In this document: one piece after another, positions 1 through 13,302 of the stretch
Position numbering within the stretch: the first letter of the stretch is position 1
Layout: every line of letters starts with the position of its first letter
NCBI GenBank assembly: GCA_003971905.1
Contig: RSEE01000007.1
Span: forward strand, 434,001 to 498,000
Length of the DNA stretch: 64,000 nucleotides
Direction of reading: 5' to 3'
DNA from: Moniliella sp. 'wahieum'
Taxonomy: Eukaryota
Notes under the pieces: model-generated
What the model saw: only the letters and a program-made list of their open reading frames with translations
Databases searched by the model: none
What the model was told of the DNA's origin: nothing
Made by a program: the position numbers and the translations under genes

Positions 1-708
1 TTGTTGGTCAAGAAGATCTGCGCACGGAGAAGTACTTACTGCGGGCAGTGTGCTGGAGTGCCCGGTGCTACCCAGATCCATTGGCCTGGTAAACCTGTAA
101 AGCTTAAAGCTTGTACACAAAGCGAACGCGTACTGCCCTCCAAGGCGCACGCTGCAATGGGGCACTGCGCAACGCACGCTCTGCCAGGAGGGCGCGAGGC
201 TGGATAGGTGTGACATGTGACAGGTGACATTTGACATGCGACACGCGACATGTGACGTGTGGACATCACTCGGCCCCTGGCTCAGAGCGCCCCCGTGCCC
301 CCGGCCATGCGCCAACATGGCTCAGGTCGGGGCAGCCGAACACAGCAAATCACATCAGCGCATCCTGCGCATCATGCATCGCCCATCACCCGCCACGCCT
401 CCGCCGCAGCATCATGCATCGGCGCATCGGCGGAGAATAAAATAAAACGCGCAATTTTTGTTTTTCCCCGAGACTCGCCTCGTTCGCCTGGGACGGCGCC
501 TGCCTGCCATTCTCAAATCCTCGTGTCTCTTGTCACCATGTCACCAACACTAGGGGACCGTAAATATGTAACTCCCCAACACTTGTACGTTAGAACAGCG
601 GCATTGCATGCGACGGCCACGTACTCCCAACCAGCCGATCCCGGTCGCACGCACCCGTGGAAGACAGAACGACGCCACCACCATACCTTCATCTCGTCTC
701 CATCTCAC

Positions 709-2963
709 ATGTCGATGCCAAGCGAAGACGCTGACACGCCTGTGCGCCCCCCTCCCTCTCGCACGGCGCCAAACGCGGAGGCCCGGACTCTGGCTCCCAT
801 CCTGGGCCCGGTCCCGGTCTCGGCTCCGGTTTCGGCTCCGGTTCCCGTTCCGAGTCTACCTCAACCTCTACCTCAGTCTCGGCAACTCCAGCTCGTCCCC
901 CTGCTTCTGCTTCTGCTTCCGCTTCCGGTGCCGCTCCCGCGTCTCCCACCGCTCTTCCTCCTGGGCCCGTCTCCCCTCAGCCAAAGACACACACCCACTC
1001 ACCCATTCGCCGTCTCCTCCGCGACACACATCCACCCTCTGCTCCTGCTTCTCGCGGTCGTCTGCCTTCTCTGGTTCAAGGATTTGGCTTTGCTGAACAT
1101 TATGGCACCCCTCCCCACCCCCGTGGGCGTAGTATCGAGAGGCTTTCTGGCGGACTCGGTACCTACACATTCTCTTCCACTCCAAACCGCTCTTCGCGTC
1201 CCTCTTCCCTCACTCGTCCTGCTCGTCGTGACGACGTGACGTCCAACCCAAGCCCGCGTACCAGCATTTCTGGAGCCTCCGGTGTGCCTGCCGGATACCT
1301 GGCCCCCTTACCTTCCGTTACGTCCCGGCCGAGCGGCACCGCCCACGATGGTCCATCCGACTCTCTGCCGCGTCTCCCTCCTTGTCCGCCCCCCCCACCC
1401 ATCCTAGGCATTTTTCCGCCGTTCATGTTTCCCTTTCGCCCGTTTACACGGGTAATGATGCTGAAGGTGCCCGCTACGGCCCCGTCCCCTCCTCAATTGG
1501 TCCCCAACGACGCATGACATACGCCCCAGGTTACGCCCCCGCCTACACCCCCCAATCTGCCTCCGCCAGTCGCGACTCACAGATGCATCGCTACACGCGC
1601 TCATCTTTGTCAGGCCCAACCCCAGATCGATGGCATACTTCCCGCATTCTTCTGCGTATCATGACCACCCCGTGGACTTTCCCTACCCTTCTCATCCGCG
1701 CCGCTTTCGGGATCACGACCCAACCCTTCGCGCCTCCCCTGCTGGCCTACCCTTGCCTGGTGGTGACGTTCCCCCCGGGCCTCTGATGCGATGGCAGGAT
1801 TCCGAGCCGCATATCTCACCGTTTCCGCAACAACATCATGCGGAGTCCTTGTCGTACCTGCCTTCTCCTCACCCTGGCTCTCTTATGCACGACCCTCCCG
1901 ACTCATCCAGGATTTACGCTTCGCCACATGAGCGCCTCGGATGGGCTAGCAGTTACCCAAATTTACCCTCGGGGCCATTCCCTCCCCAGCTGGCCCACCC
2001 CCGCCTCGACCGCCATCGCATGCTCAGCCAGTCACGTCAACTGCAGGGCCGCCACGACCGTTCAAGTGTACTTCCTGTGGTGCTGCATTTGCCCGGAACC
2101 ACGACTTGCGAAGGCACTGCCGTATCCACTTGAGCACCAAACCGTTTGCCTGCCCCGAGTGCCAAAAGCCATTTACCCGCAAAGACGCACTAAACCGCCA
2201 CATTCTCGTCAAAGTACGTTTTCGTTCATAGCTCTGTTTCTTGCGTTTGACTCTAACATTGGTTGTGTGATTTGTCAAGGGCTGCGCTGGGCGCAAGCGC
2301 CATCGCGAGTTTCGCGTTGACGTAGACTCGGGCCCGTCGTGCCAGTGCTGATATCTCGACGAGCATCCACGGTGAGGATGATACTGTCGATTCTGGGGAA
2401 GCTGGGGCTCTATCAAGGGAAGAGCTTCCCTATCAAGTCCGGGGCGGGACTGATTCTTTGCCAAAGGAGCCCTCTCATCTCGCTCTCCACCGACATAGCT
2501 GGGCCCCCGCCGCGATACCAGGCCCTCCAACCGAAAAGGCGACCCCCCAGGGGCACACTTACCTAGTGGGGTATACTTCGCCCCGACACTTGTCAGCTGC
2601 GCGCAATTCACTCCCTGCCGAGGCCCTAGCCAACACGCCGGACTACAGAACACGCCGTCCCGTCTCTGGCCTTTGCACCCCACAGAGTGGGGACTACTAC
2701 TCCTCGGCACGATTGGGCCACAACGAGGGGCCACCACCTCCACAACATGCTGCGTTTCCTCTGGTACCCCTTCATGCAAGGCCGGCTCGTATTCCTCCGC
2801 CCCCCCCGCGCCTGGATCGCCTGGATCGCCTGGATCGAACCAGCCTCGTGTGCCCCTGCACTCCTCAGATACACCCGAAGGGGCCCAAGACTCCGAGAAA
2901 TCCCGTCAAGACAAGCGGGCGTCCGTCGTCCATTTTGATGATCCCTGGTATCCACCCAAGTAA
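709..2963 (+). CDS. C2H2 zinc-finger transcription factor (two fingers, Pro/Ser-rich); frameshifted in assembly, one intron 2214-2279
   Basis: The frame at ~2055-2213 (not in the ORF track) reads RPFKCTSCGAAFARNHDLRRHCRIHLSTKPFACPECQKPFTRKDALNRHILVK. A GTACGT...CTAAC...AAG intron joins it to GCAGRKR, giving the conserved fungal LVKGC ending. Start and end are inferred from flanking ORF pieces. Confidence 0.8.
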
Positions 2964-4468
2964 CTCCCTCTCATGGTTTCTGCCACGTCGTCGTCGTCGT
3001 CGCCCTTGCTCCTCCTTACGTATCCGCTTAGAGCGCACTCTCACTCGAGATGGATGGTGCAATGGATCACTGCGACTCCAGCTACGCCACGTATATGCGC
3101 TTACGCTCTTCCTGTTCATTCTAACCACGCTCGTGTTGCGTCTCCCGCGAGCATCTCTTACCACTCTGTCACGTCCCATCGCATCTCTTCTCATATCATG
3201 TCTCCTTTTCCACGTACCCCGACTGACCACTAGCCTGTACTCAGGGCCCAGCCATCCATCATTCCTTTGGCCTTTCCTTCTCCGCATTTCAATAGTCGCC
3301 ACAGCTCGCCGATGAGAATTCAGGGAATATCTTCCTTTCCTGTATATGAGGGGTTTGTCCAGGATCATCGAGGCGTCACTTTCGAGAAAGAGTCTACTAT
3401 GCTGAGCGAGATATGGAATTGAAGAGAGGGTCGACCTAATTGATTAAGACCGAAAATGGATCATGCTCCTGTGGGAATTGATCTACCTTTCGCTCCACGA
3501 GCAATGTGTCGAGGAGGCGATGGTTTCAACTCGCCTGCGAGAGGGAGGCATTGCCAGTGAAGGGACGGCGATGCGGGAGGAGGGCACATGCCTTCTCACC
3601 AAAAGCGACATAACAGAGTCCGTCGGCAAAATATATCAGCGAGAGGAGCGTTGCAAGAGCAGAATAAAACGCTTGCGATGAGGAACCTCCTGCCACACAA
3701 CACTATACGGCCGCAGAAGGGCATTTCGTACGTGTTTTGCGACGGCTTCCTCGTGCACCACCTTCCGGTACGTAGCGGGTAACCCTAAGGCCTAAACCAG
3801 GATCAGGACTATACACGTGGGCCATACCTGGGAAATCTGAGCCTGGGCCATTCAATATTCACGGACTGGTGGAGGATATATATGGAACAGAAGTGTACGT
3901 GCCTGATGCTTGCCAAGATAAGATTCAGGCGTATTTCTCGAACATGGAACAGCGGACGTTGAACGATTGAAGTTCAGTGTTCGCTCGCATAAGCGTGAGT
4001 GCATGAGCGCATGGGCCCCTAGGCCCTAGGGCCCACGGACACGCGCTAGCAAGTGCTCCAGCTGTGGCTGTGCCGGGGCACTGCAGAGCACTGCCGAGCG
4101 CCAGCGCTGCCCCTGCCCCTGCCTGCCCCTGCCTGCCCCCGCCCCCGCCCCCGCGCAGCCGGCACCCTGGCCAGTGCACGCGCAATGCGCAAGGCCGGCA
4201 ATACCACTCAATATTCAGTCCCAGCCCAGCCAGCACCAGCCAGCACCAGCCAGCACCGGCCATCCTGCAGGCTGCCAGGCACACACCCTGCCTGCAGCCT
4301 GCAGCACCCCTGCAGCGCCGCAGCGCAGCACAAACATACTCCGCCGCCCTGCTCCGCCTGCTCCGCCACAGCCAGCACCCGCCGCCTCCTCGCCCCCCCG
4401 GCCCCTCCCTCCACCCCTCCGCCCGGCCAGCCCGCCATCCCGCCATCCCGCCATCCCTGCTCCCCCCC

Positions 4469-7400
4469 ATGGGTGCCGGCGCCCCATCCCCGAGCAGCGT
4501 CGGCCACCCGCGCCAGCTCATCTCCGCCGCCTTGGCCGGCGACGAGCCTGCCGTCCGCGCCGCGCTCGCTGCCGGCCGCTCCCCTGACACGCTCGTCGAT
4601 GGGCTCGCACCTCTCCATGCCGCTGCGGCCGCCGGATATGCGTCCATTGTCGCCCTCCTCCTCGCCCACCGTGCCACCGTCAGCCTGCCCCGCCCCCCCT
4701 GCGCGCCCCGTCGGCGTGCTCGGCGTCCACCTCCTCGTCCCCCGCTGCGGCCGATCCCCCGTTGCATTCTCGCCCCCTCACCGTGCCCGTCGGCGCGACC
4801 CCGCTCCACCTCGCCGTTGCCAACGGCCACACGGGCATCGTACACTTGCTAGTCCAGGCTGGTGCCAACATCGACGCCGCCGACGAGACCGGCGCCACCC
4901 CCCGCTCCCTAGCGAGCCCGGCCATGCTCTGTGCCTTGTCCAGCGGCTTGAGCGATCCGTTCTCCTTGAGCGATCCGTTCGACTTTTCCGACCCATCGCG
5001 GCGGCCCTCGCTCGCATCGACTCATGGCAGTCCCCCCGACAGTGGGCCTCCCTCGCCGAGCACCCGCCGCTACCGCTTGGTGCCCGCCCGCTCGTTTGAA
5101 CGCATTGCCGACGCGTGTCCTCTTCTGCCTCCTCCATGATGTCACGCCATCGCCGGAACAGCGGATCGGCAACGGTTACCCCATTTGGTACATCCGGCGG
5201 ATCAGGGCTCAGTCGCGTGGCAAAGATGCCCTCGCTGGCCAGCCTGCGCTCGCATCCTTCCAACCACACCACCGGAGCCCTGGCCTTGCCTGCTACGCCC
5301 CACGCCACCGAACTTGCGGTCCTCTTCCCCTTCCTGCCTTCACCCTCCATGCCCTCCTCCAGTGTCCCCACCGCCCCCACCCCAACTGCCTCTTCCCCTC
5401 GCGCCACCTTCAAATCTCATACCGATCGGCTCGCTTGGCCATCCTCCCGGTCGTGCACGACAGTGCTCTTTTGGCCGTGGGAGAGACAAGCCAGGGGCCA
5501 GCGGCGGTGGAGCTCGACTCGTTCCCGCCCGTCCCGCCTGCTCCCAGCCCACCCCGACCACAACCCCAAATACGCACAACTAGCTCGTCCCGCCCCCGAC
5601 GCCCGTCACTTCCCATCATTACCGAGCGAACATCGTGGAGGCGGGACACGCCTCCGCCTTTACCTCTGCAACGGAACACAGCCAGCGCGGCAGCCACATC
5701 GAATACACCAGATGCGCTAAGCAAGGATTCGACCGTTCCCGACAGCCCTACTCCAACCTCTTCTCGCCCCCTTTCGGCTTTATCGTCCGTCAGCGGCAGT
5801 GCCAGCAGCTCCGGGCCTGTTCCTCGACATCCTCTCCGAGACCACAAGGAGAACCTACACCATGGCAGTGGGGAAACGGACTTGCTATTCGGCCTGCCAG
5901 CGGGCAGTGGCAACTCCACTTCGTCCCAGCTCTGTTCCGGTTTTTTCCACTGCGAAGGAGACCATGACGGCATCGAATGACATGAGTGCGAAGGACGAAT
6001 GGGAAGAGTTGGCGCCCAACTCCTTTCCCTCTCCCCCCAGTCTTCATGTACATATCCTCCCCTCCCGTGCTTCTTTGGAAGGCGCGTCTTTGGGGTCACC
6101 TCGGTATCTAACCGACCCAGCACTCGCTTTGCCAAGGACAGGTCTGTCGACCTGCCGGCCTCAGGTCCGTTCAAGATGGGCCGCGCCTGTACTATGCCTT
6201 CCACCGGTACTACCACCAGCACCCACGCGAGCAACAGCCGCACCACCACGCCGCGCTCGCCCCGCCCCAAAATGAGGCACGGAAGTGCAGGATCGGTGCG
6301 AGGAGACACCTCGATGTTGTGTCCCACCTAACCCGCTGCCCGCAGCAGCTCAGGCCGCGGCCATCCTCGAGCGAGGTCAGGGCGCAGCAGAAGGCCGAGC
6401 GCCCAACATGGACGTCCAGCTGGACGATGGCACCACCCTCAGTCTTGCTCAGCAATTGGCAGCTCTTGGCCAGGCTTTGACCCGCGAGCGCGCCGCGTCC
6501 CAATCGTCTTGCGTCACCTTGTCCGCCCCCTCTTGTGCCCTCTCTCCCGCAGGCTTAGTGGGCACAGCCACCGCTTCTCTGTTGCTTCTGCGTCTGCCCC
6601 TACCCTTGCCCCTTCCCCTACCTCTACCCCTGTTCCTGCCTCGCCTAGCACTCGTCTCTCTTCGCCTCCCCCTCTCCTGGAATGGTGCGTCGTTGGGGAT
6701 CTCCCGCCACCCGGCTCCCTGGCACTCCTCCTCGTTCTGCTCAGCGCTCGCCTAAAGCAGGGAAGGAAGGGAGTGGATCCCGGGTACCGAGAGTGGCACC
6801 CTTGGATTTTTCCTCGTCTACCTCTTCCATCACCCACCAACGAAAGAAGGAAAGGCCGGTGGGTTGCGCGGCAATGGCGTATGCCAGTGACGTGCTACCC
6901 CCATTGTATTCCGATGGCCCCTTGCCGGGGCGAAAAGGTTCGGGCAAGTCGGAAGACGCGGCCCAGGAGGACGGGTTTAAGGAGGAGGTGGGGGAAGGAG
7001 AGCGCACGCCGCTCGCTTCGTCCTACCTTGCCTTGGCCCGTCCACTGCCGTCGGCAGCCGGCACGCTGGGACGTGAACGACGATCGTCTTTGGACCTTGG
7101 TACGGTTCCTGCTCCTGCTCCTGTCCCTGCCCTGGTGGGCCCGGGGTCTGAATCGCCTCCCGTGTCGCCGGTACAGCGTACGCGCGTTTCGTTGGGCCAG
7201 GAGCCGCGACAGGACCGTGCGCTGCGCCATGTCATGTCAACCAACAACCTCTACGCGCTCCCGCGGGCGGCGTTGGTGTCGGGCTTGGTGGAGCCAATGG
7301 GCGTACGCGGCTGGGACGTGACCCCGCCCAGCGTGTCCGAGCACGAGCACGATGCTAGTCCACGCGATTTGGCCCAGCGCAGGTCAAGGGAAGCGCTGCG

Positions 7401-7620
7401 CTTGCTCACCAAGCGTTCGGCGCCTGTCCTGTCCCGACGGTCCTTAGGTGCCCACCTGGACGATGCGCCGTTGGAAGAGGAAGAGGGTGGACTGATCGCC
7501 AGCTCGGGGTTGGACTCGGGCTCGGGGACCAAGAGCCCTACCCGCCGCCTGGCTGCCGGGCCGAGACGGCTCAAGTTTGACGCGGTGCGGCGCCTGTTTG
7601 ATAAGGTGGCAACGACCTGA
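4469..7620 (+). CDS. Ankyrin-repeat protein with long Ser/Pro-rich low-complexity C-terminus (frameshifted)
   Basis: Ankyrin consensus matches: DGLAPLHAAAAAGYASIVALLLAHRA (ORF 4064) and GATPLHLAVANGHTGIVHLLVQAGANIDAADETGATP (ORF 4762). Downstream ORF pieces continue to a stop at 7620. Confidence 0.7.
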
Positions 7621-7832
7621 TCTCGTTCCCTTGGTTGCTTACCATGCCGATGCGCGCGGGGCTTGCCCTACTCTTCTCCCCACCCCCCCTTACTGCGCCT
7701 ACCATGTGTTTCCGCCTTCCTCCATATACCAATGCACGTTGCTTCTTGTCTGGACGGGCAGTGTGGATGTCCATGTCCGCACTGCCCCCCCCCATCCACT
7801 ACCCACTGCAAACGAGTTAGATGAATTAGAGC

Positions 7833-7927
7833 CTAGCATGCCCATACTTGCGCTAAGCGGTCTGGTAGCCAAGTCTGCATCCGGGGCTTACCCGGCGCGA
7901 TGCCGAGGAAGAGCGGAGCAGGAGCAA

Positions 7928-7987
<60 letters not shown>

Positions 7988-9746
7988 AGCTGAAGCAGAA
8001 GCAAGCGCGGGGGCTGGGCCAGGCGAGACGTGGAACTCAAATCAGAAGCAGAACCAACGGTAGAGGAGGGGGGAGCCAACGTCGCACCCGAGACCAAAGT
8101 AGAAGCAGGAGCAATGTAGGAACGCAGGGAACGTGGCCCATCCCCCGATTTGGTCTCTTGCTTCGTGGGTTCAGGCCAGGAGAGGGGCGCCGGCTGCACG
8201 TTGGCCAAGTGGGGAGCCAAGAGATGGGCGAGGGGCGGGACGAGAAGGGTGAGGTGGTGCAGCGTGGGACAGGTGGCGGGGGCGGGGCGGGGGGAGGATG
8301 GGTCGTCCAAGGTGCGCGGAGGAGGGCGAGGGAGGTGAGCCAGTCGCGGACTTGGCGGGGTGGGGGAGAGGCGGCTCGATCGTCAGTTGGGATGGGACAG
8401 GGGTAAGGAAGAACCAAGGGTGAGGGTGTGGGCAAGGGCAGGAGACGGGGAGCAGTGCAGCGTGAGAGTCTGCAGGTGGGGGAGGGCAGCGATGAGACGG
8501 TGGGCAAAGGATGGGCGGAGAGAAGGGAGGGTGAGGTGGAGGTGCTGGACTTTGTGGAAGAGGGGGAGCGCGAGGAGGGTGCTAGCGTCGGTGGATTCCC
8601 AGTCGAGCGGAGCGGGGGGAGCAAGGGGAGCAGGTCCGGGACCGAGATCGATGCCGGTGCCAAAGCCAGTGCCAAAGCCCGTTCCGCCAGACGACGGAGC
8701 GACGACCTCAGTGACGAGCGAGCGGGGCCGCGGGTGAGCCGACTGGCCCAGACGAGCAAACACGCCTGCAGCGGCCAAGGCCCGGGCACTGTGCCCATCA
8801 AGGCACAGTTCTTCCACCCATGGAGTGGCGAGCAGGATCTGTTCCACATGGCGCGCGAGGGTGGTGTGGTCGAGCGCGGGAGGGGGCGATGGCGGTGGTG
8901 GTGATGGCGGCGGCGGGAGGTCGATGTGAGAGAGGGTGCGGAGCAGCAAGGTAAGCAGCCGGCGCCAGGTAGGCCAAAGGGCGTGCCAGGTGGATTGGTG
9001 GACGTGGGCGTGGACCCTGCCTGGCCAGACGGGTGGTGCATGGCGCGTCGGCGGAGGTAGTAGCGACGGAGGCAGTTGGATGCGCTGCACCAGCTCCCCC
9101 AGCGCAGGGTTGTATAGCACTACTGTTCGCCGTACCAGCTCCACCGCCTCGGCCGAGGGAAGACAAAGACAGCGATAGACCTTGCGCTGGAAATGGTGGA
9201 GGTGGGCGCGAGAGAGACACATCACTTTGCCCGGTTGGCGGCCCAGAAGCGGGCTGGCTACGTGGGAGAGAATCTGCAGTTGGATTTCGGCGGGAAAGAA
9301 GGAGAGGTCTTCAATCCCCGCCCCACCCTCTGCCGTGGACGGAGGAAGAGGAGCAAGGGGCGGCACCTTATTGGGAGGGGCGGCGGGCAAACCAGGTTCG
9401 CCATCCCAGGGCGGGCGCACCGACGAGCGCTGTGTTCAGCCGCTGCTCCAGGCTCTGCTCCCATCGCTGGGATGCAGCTGCAGCCGAGTGGTACGAGAGG
9501 ATGGAATACAGGGCAAACCAAGGTGTGGCAAGTGTGGCACAGGCCGACCGCACCAAGAACTGCGCCAGCAACGCCAAGAGCTGCGCCGTCAGCACAACTG
9601 GCAGCGCTGCTAACAGCACCGCTCCCGTTAGCGCCAAGAAATCGACCGCCTACTCGGTGGGATGCAGTGGCGGACGATGGGTTGGATGGCGGCGATGGCG
9701 ATGGCAATGGATGTAGCAGTGGCGATGGCGTGCGGGACAGGAGCAT
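7833..9746 (-). CDS. Putative F-box-like protein (frameshifted; boundaries uncertain)
   Basis: ORF 8383..9420 has LSFFPAEIQLQILSHV...LSRAHLHHFQRKVYRCLCL...LGELVQRIQL, a pattern typical of fungal F-box proteins, followed by LxLxL-type strands (VEELCLD, VQHLHLT, LQTLTLH). Confidence 0.45.
7915..7990. repeat. (CAGGAG)n hexamer microsatellite, about 12 copies; probably encodes (AP)n on the minus strand
   Basis: Directly visible: ggagcaggagcaagagcaggagcaggagcaggag... Confidence 0.9.
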
Positions 9747-10500
9747 GCAAGGTGTGGTGCCCAGGTTGCTCAGTGTTGCTGCGGTCGATAGCCAATCGCC
9801 CAAAGCCAGACATGGGGCAGATGGATGATCGATGATCGATGACAATCTCAATGATCTTTGCCGCTCCTGATTAATGATTAACGATTAGATCAGCGCTCAG
9901 CCACTCAGTACTCTGCTCGCCGCGGAGAGTGTGGCACATATCTGCGGGGTAAACATTACCCGGTGGACAATCACCTTTCTCTTCCTTCTGCCCGAAAACC
10001 TGCCCGATCTGATGCTACGAATCAGATCCGCTGTGTCCGAGTCACTGCTAGATCCAGCAGGCTCCAGCGCTAACGCTAATCGAGGCGGCATACGAGCACC
10101 GCATTTCGCATAGGTATTTGCACCATCTACGCCCAGCAACCCCACACAACGTACTCATCAGCCCACAAAGAAAAGTCCAATGCCGAAGGCTCAGCTGTTC
10201 CGTCCCCTCCCAAAAGTACAGCTGGCAGCCGGGATGATCGATGAGGGATGAAAAAACAAGGGGAAAGAAAGAGACCCAGCAGTGCGCAGATAAGGTGCAG
10301 AGGGGAAGGGACAAGGGCAGCAGGCCCGCACACCGCCCTGCGGCCCCGTCTGGTGTGGGAGACACAGAGGGCCTCAAGAGCGTGCGCGGGTGTCCGCGAC
10401 GCCAGAGCGAGTAAGACAATGTTTTGGGCGCGCGGGCCAAGAAAAGGGCCGAGAGAAGGCAAAGGGGTAGCCGACCTACCCAGCCCAGTACACACCACAA

Positions 10501-12879
10501 TTAAGCAGGTGCATAGGTCCGCCTGGTCCGTGGCAGACGTCCATCGTCGTCGGCTGGTTTCGGCGGCGGAGCAAAGCGGAATGGCGAGTCATTCTCCTCA
10601 TCGGCAAGGGCGTGAAGATGGGGCGGTGGCAGAACACGATGGCCATACCCATTCCCAGGGCCATGAGATCCCGATAGGGCAGCAGTCATGCCCAGTGGAG
10701 GCGAGCGCACTGCCGTAAGCGATCCCATTCCCAACCCGCCAAACGACCCGCCAGACCGCGAAGGCGCACGAGACGAAGGTCGCTCCTCTGTTTCGCCTCC
10801 GCGCGAGGGAGCACGGAAAAAGAGGGAATTGTTCGAAGGAGGGCGGAGATCCGAAGGACCAAGAAGATTGGAGAACAAGTCCCGACTGCCGGGACGGGGG
10901 GGAAGGTGCCCCCCATCCCTGCCGCACCTGCTGCCGACGCGGTGCCGGGCCGGCTGATAGACGAAAGCGGAGGCAAAATCGGCCGATCCGACTTGCCTCC
11001 CGGCGGAGAGTCGCGTGTGCCTGGACGTTCCCATGCGCCGGGTGGCCGGTCCGCCTGACCTCGTGTGCCCGGTCGGCTGGACGCCGTAGGGACAGCCCGA
11101 TCCGGCGGGGGGGCGGAGAAGGGAAGGGCAGGGAGGTCGCGGCCCTGACTCAGTGGGAGAGCTGACGAGGCCGCGTCGCGGCCAGAAACGCCATTGCTGC
11201 CGGGCGGAGCAAGCGCCAATCCAAAGCCAGCAGCGGTAGGCGGACGGGAATTCCGCCATTCCGCCCCCGACGCGGGGAAGATTTCCCCACTGGTGGCAGC
11301 CATTACAGCCGAGGCCGAGGTGCTGGGACGGGGATAGTCCGCCCCATTAGTAGGAGGCCGCGCATACGGGTCTGTCCGGTACTCACCCCGGTACTCGTCG
11401 GGCGCGCCAACATTCATGCGATACTCGGATGTCGGCGGCCGGCGGTACTCGCCGTAACCATAGGACCCAAATCCATTTGCCGGGGGGTGGTAAGGGTCAG
11501 TGGAGCGAGAACCAGGCCGCCACATGTCGAAGAAGGTGTTTCCCGTCGCCGAGGGAGGGCGGCCGAACCAGGAGAAATCCATTCCGCCCAAGTGGCCTGG
11601 GTCGTACCCGCCTCCTGGTAATGACGAGGCAGCCAGCGAGCGCGGAGCCAAGGGATCGCTGCCACCTGGTGCAGTGCCATCGTGGGCGACAGGTGTACCC
11701 AGGCTGTCTCCTGAAGCAGAATGAGGTGCGGGAGGGATAGTGTGGGTGCCAGGAGCAACGCCAGGCACGTTCCCATTTGTATGGGAGGCGGTACTGACCC
11801 GACGTTTCTTTCGCGCATGACCTGGGTTGCCACGTCCCGCTCCCGATGTGCGAGGGGCGCGAGCGCGGCCAATTACCTGGTTGGCCGCCAACTGGGCCTG
11901 CGCGGCTTTAGCGGCCAGCTGGGCATGGAGAGTGGCAAGCTCCGAAAGCATTGCTTCATTCTTTTGTGGCTCTGCCGAGTGCACCGTATCGGCATGTTGG
12001 CGTAAATTGTCAAGGCGGGAAAATGATTTGCCGCAATGGCAGGTGAAGGGCTTAGCGCCGTTGTGTTTCCGCTGGTGACGCGCCAATGCTCACTGCGGGT
12101 AAAGACCATGTTGCAGTCGCCATAGCCCGTACAGCGGAACATGGTCACATGGCTCATCTTCTTGCCGTCTTCGCGTTCGGTGGTGCCATTGGCCTTGTTC
12201 TCGCCAGTCGAAGATAGGCCTGGCGGGCTAGGTTGGATGGATGGATCAGGTTTTGAAACGGTACGACGGCGACGGCGAGGCACAGAGGTGGCTGGAGTAG
12301 AAGCCGTCATATCTGCCGAAGCCGAGGCAGAGGGATGCATTCGGACCGCCTCGGCGAGGGGACGGTCATCTTCGTCGTCGCCATCTTCGTCCTTGGGAAA
12401 ATAACGCTTGGCCGGCATCGAAACGGGTTCCAGGGGGGGAGCAGCTTGGACAGCGGGGGAGAAGACGGAGGAGTCGTAAGGCGCAGCAAGCGGAGGTGGG
12501 GGTTGGGGTGGGGGATGACCAAAGGCACTTGGATCAGGAGGGAGGTAGGCGGGAGGAAGACCGGGAGCGGGATGAGCGGCGGCGACCCAAGACGCGTTTG
12601 GGGGGCAGCAACCGGGGCAGCGACGGGGGGGCGCCAGGCCGGATGTGGCCCAGGAACGGAAGGGGAGGCGTAGATAACGGAGGGCGAGGCATAGGCACCC
12701 GGCGGGAAGTAGGGGGCTGCACCATAGTATGCACTGGCGTCGGGGGCGCCAGGAAGCGAGCCGGCTTGGGCGCCGGCCACAACGTAAGAGTGAGGGTTGG
12801 CATGGCCATGTGGGTGCTGGCTGGGCAGCGCAACAGGTGGGGCAGCCTGTTGGTGAGCCGGCGGTGCGGACGCGTACAT
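10501..12879 (-). CDS. USV1: C2H2 zinc-finger transcription factor, Usv1/Rgm1 (Nsf1) family (frameshifted)
   Basis: [19 protein letters not shown][1-nt shift at ~12085][36 protein letters not shown]. The [20 protein letters not shown] finger is characteristic of this family. Confidence 0.8.
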
Positions 12880-13302
12880 GGGCGTCTGGACGTCGGGCGC
12901 AGCGGTAACAGGAGCAATGGCAGCGGCGAGCGGCAGTAGGAAGGTGGCGACGCGGCTGGAGCGACGAATACAGGGCGGAAGCTGTGGACGATGGCAAAGG
13001 AAACGGGACAGGGAGGCGGGCGCAAAGAGAACGGAGCAGCTGCTGGGAGCGCCTGTACCTGAGCTGGACGCGTCGACGTCCGAGGTACGAGGTCCGAGAA
13101 CAAGGGCGGGGGTGGTGGTGGTGAGTGCGAGGTAGGCGGTGCGAGGACTGGGACCGGAGGTAGCGGAGCGGACCCAGCCACGCTTTCCACACGCCGCGAA
13201 GCACTTGCGGTTACCGGGCTTACCGCCTAGCGCTTTCGCAGGTGCGGCCGAGGATTGGCCTGAACGGTGACTAAACGGTTCTCCCGCCGGTCACTGGCTC
13301 AC

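Noticed and set aside
4100..4460. CCAGC/CCTGC-type short repeats upstream of the ankyrin gene
   Set aside because: Ordinary low-complexity 5' leader sequence with no further structure evident.
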